From Candidatus Omnitrophota bacterium (GTDB taxonomy: Bacteria > Omnitrophota > Gorgyraeia > JAFGHF01), in assembly GCA_020341815.1 (NCBI GenBank), contig CP070837.1, forward strand, positions 1,172,575 through 1,236,574: 64,000 nt of DNA, written 5' to 3'. This document shows positions 63,001-64,000 of this stretch, in pieces. A model generated the notes under the pieces. That model saw only the letters and a list, made by a program, of their open reading frames with translations. It was not told the origin of the DNA and ran no database searches. The position numbers and the translations under genes are program-made. How positions within the stretch are numbered: the stretch's first letter is position 1; every line of letters begins with the position of its first letter.

Positions 63001-64000
63001 ATTGAAAAGATTATTACAATCTCAAAAAGAAGATAGAGAAAGGAAAGTAGAGAAGATATTTTTGAGCTTAGATAATAATCGGTCGGAGATTTCCATATTT
63101 ACATATAATTTTAAAAAATATGGACAGTTGCTGTATATAGTTAAGAAGTTAATGGAAATTACAGGCATAGGATATTGCAGCCATAATATTAATAGAGAAA
63201 AACAAATGTTTTATATACATAAAGCGAGCAATGAAGAGCAAATTTTTCTTGATGAATTGATAGCAAGGATGGGCAGAGGCGTTAAAGACAAGGGGGACTA
63301 CACAAGACGAGAGGTATCTTTCTTTAAATGGTTTAATAAAAAGAGGTTAGTTCGTTCCTTTGATAGGTTTCCTGAGAAATATACAGATGTCTTTGTTCCG
63401 ATTTTAAGTGATAGGCAAGTGGTAGATAAGGTAGAAAGAATTCTATATTCTTCATCTCCCATTGTTTCTTCATCTATCTTGCCCATATCCTCAAGCCCCG
63501 CAACCTCCAGCAGCCCTGTTACTTCATTAGAGGCGTATCTAAAAGAACTTAGCAAGGCAGAAAATATTATGGATATTGAGGCCTCGGTAACGCGTATTGC
63601 AGGGTTAATGCACCGGATGACTGAAGAAGAACGTGCGGGGTTAGATTTTAGCGATATTTTAGGGAAAATGCCCAAGGGCTCTTATAAGAGAAGGCTTCTT
63701 GAAAGCGTAATAGATGATTTTGGGGAATGGGATAAATTTATGATTTCTGCAGAAGGAGATATTGATACAGCAGTAGAGATCGTAGCAGAGAATAGAGAAA
63801 AATTTGAAAAGGCGAAAAAAGGAGAAAAAGGGTTTGCTACAGAGATTATAACTAAAAGAGATACAGAGCTGATACCCGCACAATTAGCTGCCGCAGACCT
63901 TAATGGGAAAGTCATAGATCTTACAGTTTTATCTCCAGAAGAACGCAATAATGTATTTGATATTGTTGAAAAAATTAGGCCTACTCATCGCTTGTCCCCA
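2..64000 (+). CDS. Giant multidomain membrane/surface protein (internal fragment, about 21,333 aa in window, open at both ends)
   Basis: Frame +2 starts YEKKMKHIDPLADRL and ends IVEKIRPTHRLSP. No stop seen in manual translation of most of the window. The ORF track has no frame +2 entry despite an in-frame ATG at 14. Recognisable domains occur in this frame throughout. Confidence 0.95.
701..1200 (+). other. Zincin-like metallopeptidase domain within giant ORF
   Basis: FPHEGGHIKTH (HExxH at 959-973) with downstream NHSMNEMLA as candidate third ligand. Confidence 0.55.
1400..1940 (+). other. Class I SAM-dependent methyltransferase domain
   Basis: GRILSIGCGEG (motif I, about 1472-1504), VIGIEP, LPFRGESFDAVVLSEVTEHL, EINRVLKADGKIYI. 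Confidence 0.85.
3412..3482 (+). repeat. Palindromic CCGCCT-loop hairpin element, copy 1
   Basis: taatggcat/atgccatta, caaccggggc/gccccggttg, ttccg-CCGCCT-cggag. Confidence 0.75.
3545..3643 (+). other. Internal signal-peptide-like segment directly after an SSP linker
   Basis: SSSPALQTL-KKSFIMKLTTGLIALCIGTSLGTFLSNSAVAA: basic n-region, hydrophobic h-region, AxA-type c-region. Confidence 0.6.
4388..4615 (+). other. LysM peptidoglycan-binding domain
   Basis: DNTLEDAARQV...ALKIAEENNISDPNLIYPKQGIII matches the LysM C-terminal consensus IAxxNxIxDPxxIYPGQxLxI. Confidence 0.75.
5105..5770 (+). other. About five transmembrane helices
   Basis: Hydrophobic runs LAGIAVALILAVIGLF; GLILGFIAILLGLPIML; LGLLLTAAGLTVTMLTICI; VLIAGLSATGIALTIWAI; VGILLAAAGLAIILSGLLIL, with K/R-rich loops. 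Confidence 0.75.
5930..6445 (+). other. GrpE-like domain
   Basis: Helical stretch then EPQIGMLFD...MECV...IGEVVSLGF...AIVPAKVKCV, resembling GrpE GxxFDP..HEAV..V.QKGY..RPAxV. Confidence 0.5.
6460..7330 (+). repeat. E/K/S-rich low-complexity linker with imperfect internal duplications
   Basis: gcccgaggaagag..aatccgatac.cagaaccagaggaa recurs (about 6598 and 6916); ccgaatttaaattcaca recurs (about 6492 and 7128). Confidence 0.7.
7950..8690 (+). other. Caspase/gingipain-like (clan CD) cysteine peptidase domain
   Basis: beta-strand-His FEVIYVFSHSRCGLG (H at 8213) and beta-strand-Cys YQLIIADSCKS (C at 8480), following a TM anchor at about 7385-7445. Confidence 0.5.
8708..8773 (+). repeat. Palindromic CCGCCT-loop hairpin element, copy 2
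   Basis: atggca/tgccat, gtgaccgggg/tcccggttac, ttccg-CCGCCT-cggaa. Confidence 0.75.
10130..12110 (+). other. Phosphoglucomutase/phosphomannomutase (alpha-D-phosphohexomutase) domain
   Basis: STAGPRG, GDNRFYS, TPTP, catalytic TASHNP (10487-10504), metal loop DMDADR (10988), VGFK, AEESGG, KDKD, IRPSGTE. Confidence 0.92.
12362..12560 (+). other. TPR pair bounded by SSP linkers
   Basis: AREYHEKAAKLFKERKFDETIKVLTKIIKLNSSDSIAHHNRGIARERKGDLKGALEDLRKA. Confidence 0.8.
13869..14010 (+). repeat. Perfect 42-bp in-frame tandem repeat x3 (EVKNGTNDVAELKQ)
   Basis: gaagtgaaaaacggaaccaatgacgttgcggaattaaaacaa at 13871, 13913, 13955, plus a partial fourth. Confidence 0.95.
14150..14660 (+). other. Papain-fold / peptidase C39-like domain
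   Basis: LENC (C at 14168)...GGNHFVNILGV (H at 14471)...VYITISE...IELSEF, followed by a Gly-rich tail. Confidence 0.45.
14700..15100 (+). other. Gly/Thr/Asp-rich disordered linker
   Basis: GPGTKTTGPQGSKTGNGTGDGTGGGSGKGTSGQG... Confidence 0.8.
15905..16351 (+). repeat. Tandem duplication, period 219 bp, each unit ending in PRAPS
   Basis: aagcgttcgctttataacttcagatgcagatgcgaaaaata at 15905 and 16124 (KRSLYNFRCRCEKYILQR). Confidence 0.9.
16688..16738 (+). promoter_or_regulatory. Anti-SD/SD hairpin masking the RBS of the nested ORF at 16743
   Basis: cctccttat (16688-16696) is the exact reverse complement of ataaggagg (16728-16736); inner ctctc/gagag pairing. Confidence 0.6.
16743..16886 (+). 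CDS. Nested small ORF in frame +3, 47 aa charged helical peptide
   Basis: TAAGGAGGTG-tctt-ATG; MERVQRLELREFERKMRNIEEEWMALELQRRRKARKEKENIIQEEDR*; shorter than any ORF in the supplied track. Confidence 0.55.
   Translation: MERVQRLELREFERKMRNIEEEWMALELQRRRKARKEKENIIQEEDR
17103..17131 (+). repeat. Heptamer tandem repeat (CTACCTA)4
   Basis: Four perfect units at 17103-17130 plus an isolated unit at 17091-17097. Confidence 0.9.
17266..17364 (+). repeat. Palindromic CCGCCT-loop hairpin element, copy 3 (branched)
   Basis: attgca/tgcaat, atggtggcgc/gcgccgccat, side arm aagcctca/tgaggctt, caccg-CCGCCT-cggtg. Confidence 0.7.
17395..17649 (+). CDS. Nested alternate-frame (+1) ORF, 84 aa hypothetical protein
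   Basis: AAAGGAGA (17378-17385) 9 nt before ATG; globular-looking sequence MSGAEVRSIKFDHIVDSPDYRFVCVTIGGRTRNLRIYKDGMVESYEHGRFIQLP; frame +2 stays open across it. Confidence 0.55.
   Translation: MSGAEVRSIKFDHIVDSPDYRFVCVTIGGRTRNLRIYKDGMVESYEHGRFIQLPSELAKDIRATLSRTPNIPTFSLKNGKGLSE
17882..17923 (+). repeat. 15-bp in-frame repeat x3 (KQEDE)
   Basis: aaacaagaagatgag aagcaagaagatgag aaacaagaagag. Confidence 0.8.
18680..18990 (+). other. Minimal transglutaminase-like (Cys-His-Asp) domain between SSP linkers
   Basis: GECLEHSAILIGVLRRLGENARLVGG (C 18734), DHYYV (H 18836), RIDIW (D 18872). Confidence 0.75.
20780..21810 (+). other. Second zincin-like domain
   Basis: KHEFRHIID (HExxH at 21359-21373) with downstream IVELSGFL; preceded by signal-like LATTGVLLVMVGGLGLFGEAFA. 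Confidence 0.5.
22259..22385 (+). repeat. 33-bp in-frame tandem repeat x about 4 (YRSYEKAKLAN)
   Basis: tacagatcttacgaaa units at 22259, 22292, 22325, 22358; degenerate 11-aa units continue to about 22550. Confidence 0.93.
23000..23440 (+). other. TPR repeats (about 4)
   Basis: AYSLRGRAYFELGQYQEALLDYDTAL; DPNLGPAYVNRGTVKASLGNIEEAKRDFEKAVRLD. Confidence 0.88.
23870..24235 (+). other. Transmembrane bundle (about 4 helices) preceding SecA-like domain
   Basis: Continuous hydrophobic Gly/Ala-rich segments VALLATLVGLMGVALLGGAYL...IGLIVETIVGTIGLAICC. Confidence 0.7.
24400..26200 (+). other. Divergent SecA-like ATPase domain embedded in the giant ORF
   Basis: Collinear SecA motifs: Q...IEMVMSTGKT (24560-24589), GLEADFYFLDDLFTPLVILG (cf. 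DEVDSILIDEARTPLIISG), LTEEGKRK, KDYTIRNGLIRLYNEPAG, ALSGTS, GQITIITANLTR, RQLLWRVGR. Confidence 0.8.
26780..35520 (+). other. Very long E/K/R-rich helical/coiled-coil region (about 2,900 aa)
   Basis: Persistent heptad-like charged sequence with few Pro/Gly; follows a signal/TM segment LATITMTTVIGVGIVAQAAAA at about 26700-26765. Confidence 0.75.
29240..29440 (+). other. Peptidoglycan-binding domain (PG_binding_1-like)
   Basis: GVFNLVLSLGVKNFQKDVGLPVTGNWDKTT matches GxF...AVKxFQxxxGLxxTGxxDxxT. Confidence 0.75.
35960..36905 (+). other. Outer-membrane beta-barrel-like region
   Basis: Serial alternating amphipathic strands with aromatic ends: WTIDLGGNCYW, GTVKVTW, LSISAGYDY, WSGTAKFDY, SLRLGVKG, WGVGINY, WIEAGFDVF. 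Confidence 0.55.
38600..39455 (+). other. Clan GH-A (GH2-like) TIM barrel 1, catalytic glutamates apparently lost
   Basis: IRVNGRPYQIRG, DIALMRQLNSNTI, HPAILLWCFND (NE replaced by ND), LDPEHPV, KPMFLFGGVD (no nucleophile E), EFNDGWW, GIVDIERNPKQAF. Confidence 0.8.
39476..39735 (+). other. Fibronectin type III domain
   Basis: YQITWSGEAGTSYYEIQEA...GAYYYRIRTW...SDWSEVISVEV. Confidence 0.8.
40820..40860 (+). other. EF-hand/dockerin-like Ca-binding loop
   Basis: DLNNNGIVDDED. Confidence 0.55.
42860..43740 (+). repeat. About 112-aa repeat units (period 336 bp) with a 114-bp identical core
   Basis: 43009-43122 equals 43345-43458 (ALKTSGSQHTTISNAMADTLWPTAGATVEDSQIIGPKG); degenerate units flank both sides. 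Confidence 0.9.
44930..49900 (+). other. YD/RHS-like beta-repeat region
   Basis: Recurring NDLGR, YDLARGG, LDQFGN, LDRQGR, YDRFGA, LDEVGR, IDIFGR, DPLGR motifs in Tyr/Thr/Gly-rich strands. Confidence 0.55.
50010..51060 (+). other. Clan GH-A (GH2-like) TIM barrel 2, catalytic residues intact
   Basis: WDNEPE (acid/base E at 50369), NIYRWD, HIGEFGVDSY (nucleophile E at 50657), GGCTFKWDELWK, NEELLGL. Confidence 0.8.
53080..54560 (+). other. Possible six-hairpin glycosidase-like helical domain
   Basis: ELAKAIADTF, LCEAYHRDTG, LELHQKTNDNRYLEFSQSLF helical-hairpin pattern. Confidence 0.35.
54620..59920 (+). other. Multi-TM processive GT2-like glycan synthase module
   Basis: TM blocks at about 55270-56400 and 58060-59580 flank a soluble domain with GQKGG, NDQNS, DISED (57821-57835) and TRFRWSEG (QxxRW-like, W at 57971). 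Confidence 0.65.
61560..62310 (+). other. Transglutaminase-like domain plus TPRs
   Basis: KASCLGFTQ (C 61688), IAHAASL (H 61796), VMVDGT (D 61844), then VYNNMGVAF...AYYNLGYTYQQLKKFEKAIEYYKKAIEIDP. Confidence 0.75.
62366..62410 (+). repeat. 45-bp SSP-linker direct repeat, copy 1
   Basis: tcctcaagccccacaacctccagcagccctgttacttcattagag; 44/45 identical to 63488-63532. Confidence 0.92.
62600..63410 (+). other. Nudix hydrolase (IPP-isomerase-like) domain
   Basis: DEKVEILDAQGNPTG...AH...H...RAEDKLVFPG...CGQIDAGKTPEEAIEEEIEEEIGV (degenerate Nudix box 62810-62878), NRE. Confidence 0.8.
63488..63532 (+). repeat. 45-bp SSP-linker direct repeat, copy 2
   Basis: tcctcaagccccgcaacctccagcagccctgttacttcattagag. 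Confidence 0.92.

Noticed and set aside
1-63948. The many short minus-strand ORFs in the track
   Set aside because: S/F/L-rich antisense shadows of the E/K-rich + strand frame; no recognisable domains
1-64000. Alternative genetic code or stop read-through as the explanation for the missing genes
   Set aside because: Frame +2 is open under the standard code wherever translated; no recoding is needed
1-64000. tRNA, rRNA, transposase or integrase genes
   Set aside because: None recognised; the window appears fully occupied by the giant CDS

Overview
The whole window is one uninterrupted + strand reading frame (frame +2, 2..64000, about 21,333 codons) with no stop codon, open at both ends. It is an internal piece of a giant gene. 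The supplied track has no frame +2 ORF despite an in-frame ATG at 14, which is what a stop-free frame would give. My manual translation of most of the window also found no stop. The short minus-strand ORFs are antisense shadows. The style resembles the giant proteins of Omnitrophota; this taxonomic call is inference. There are two architectures. (1) Cargo zones (about 1-23.8 kb and 60-64 kb) hold small modules separated by about 35 recurring Ser-Ser-Pro linkers. The modules include zincins, a SAM methyltransferase, LysM, a GrpE-like domain, clan-CD and C39-like Cys proteases, a complete phosphohexomutase, transglutaminase-like domains, TPRs and Nudix. Several carry internal signal-peptide-like segments. 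(2) A nearly SSP-free core of about 36 kb runs: TM bundle, degenerate SecA, about 2,900-aa coiled coil with a PG-binding domain, beta-barrel-like region, GH-A barrel plus FN3, repeats, YD/RHS-like region, second GH-A barrel, multi-TM GT2 synthase. The most novel signals lie inside the ORF: two nested alternate-frame genes with strong Shine-Dalgarno sites, one SD sequestered by the codons of a QAPP stall-like motif (SecM-like logic); a covarying CCGCCU-loop RNA hairpin in three copies; a (CTACCTA)4 frameshift-prone tract; and 45-bp direct repeats of SSP-linker DNA flanking the Nudix module. All domain calls come from motif recognition by eye, without database searches.
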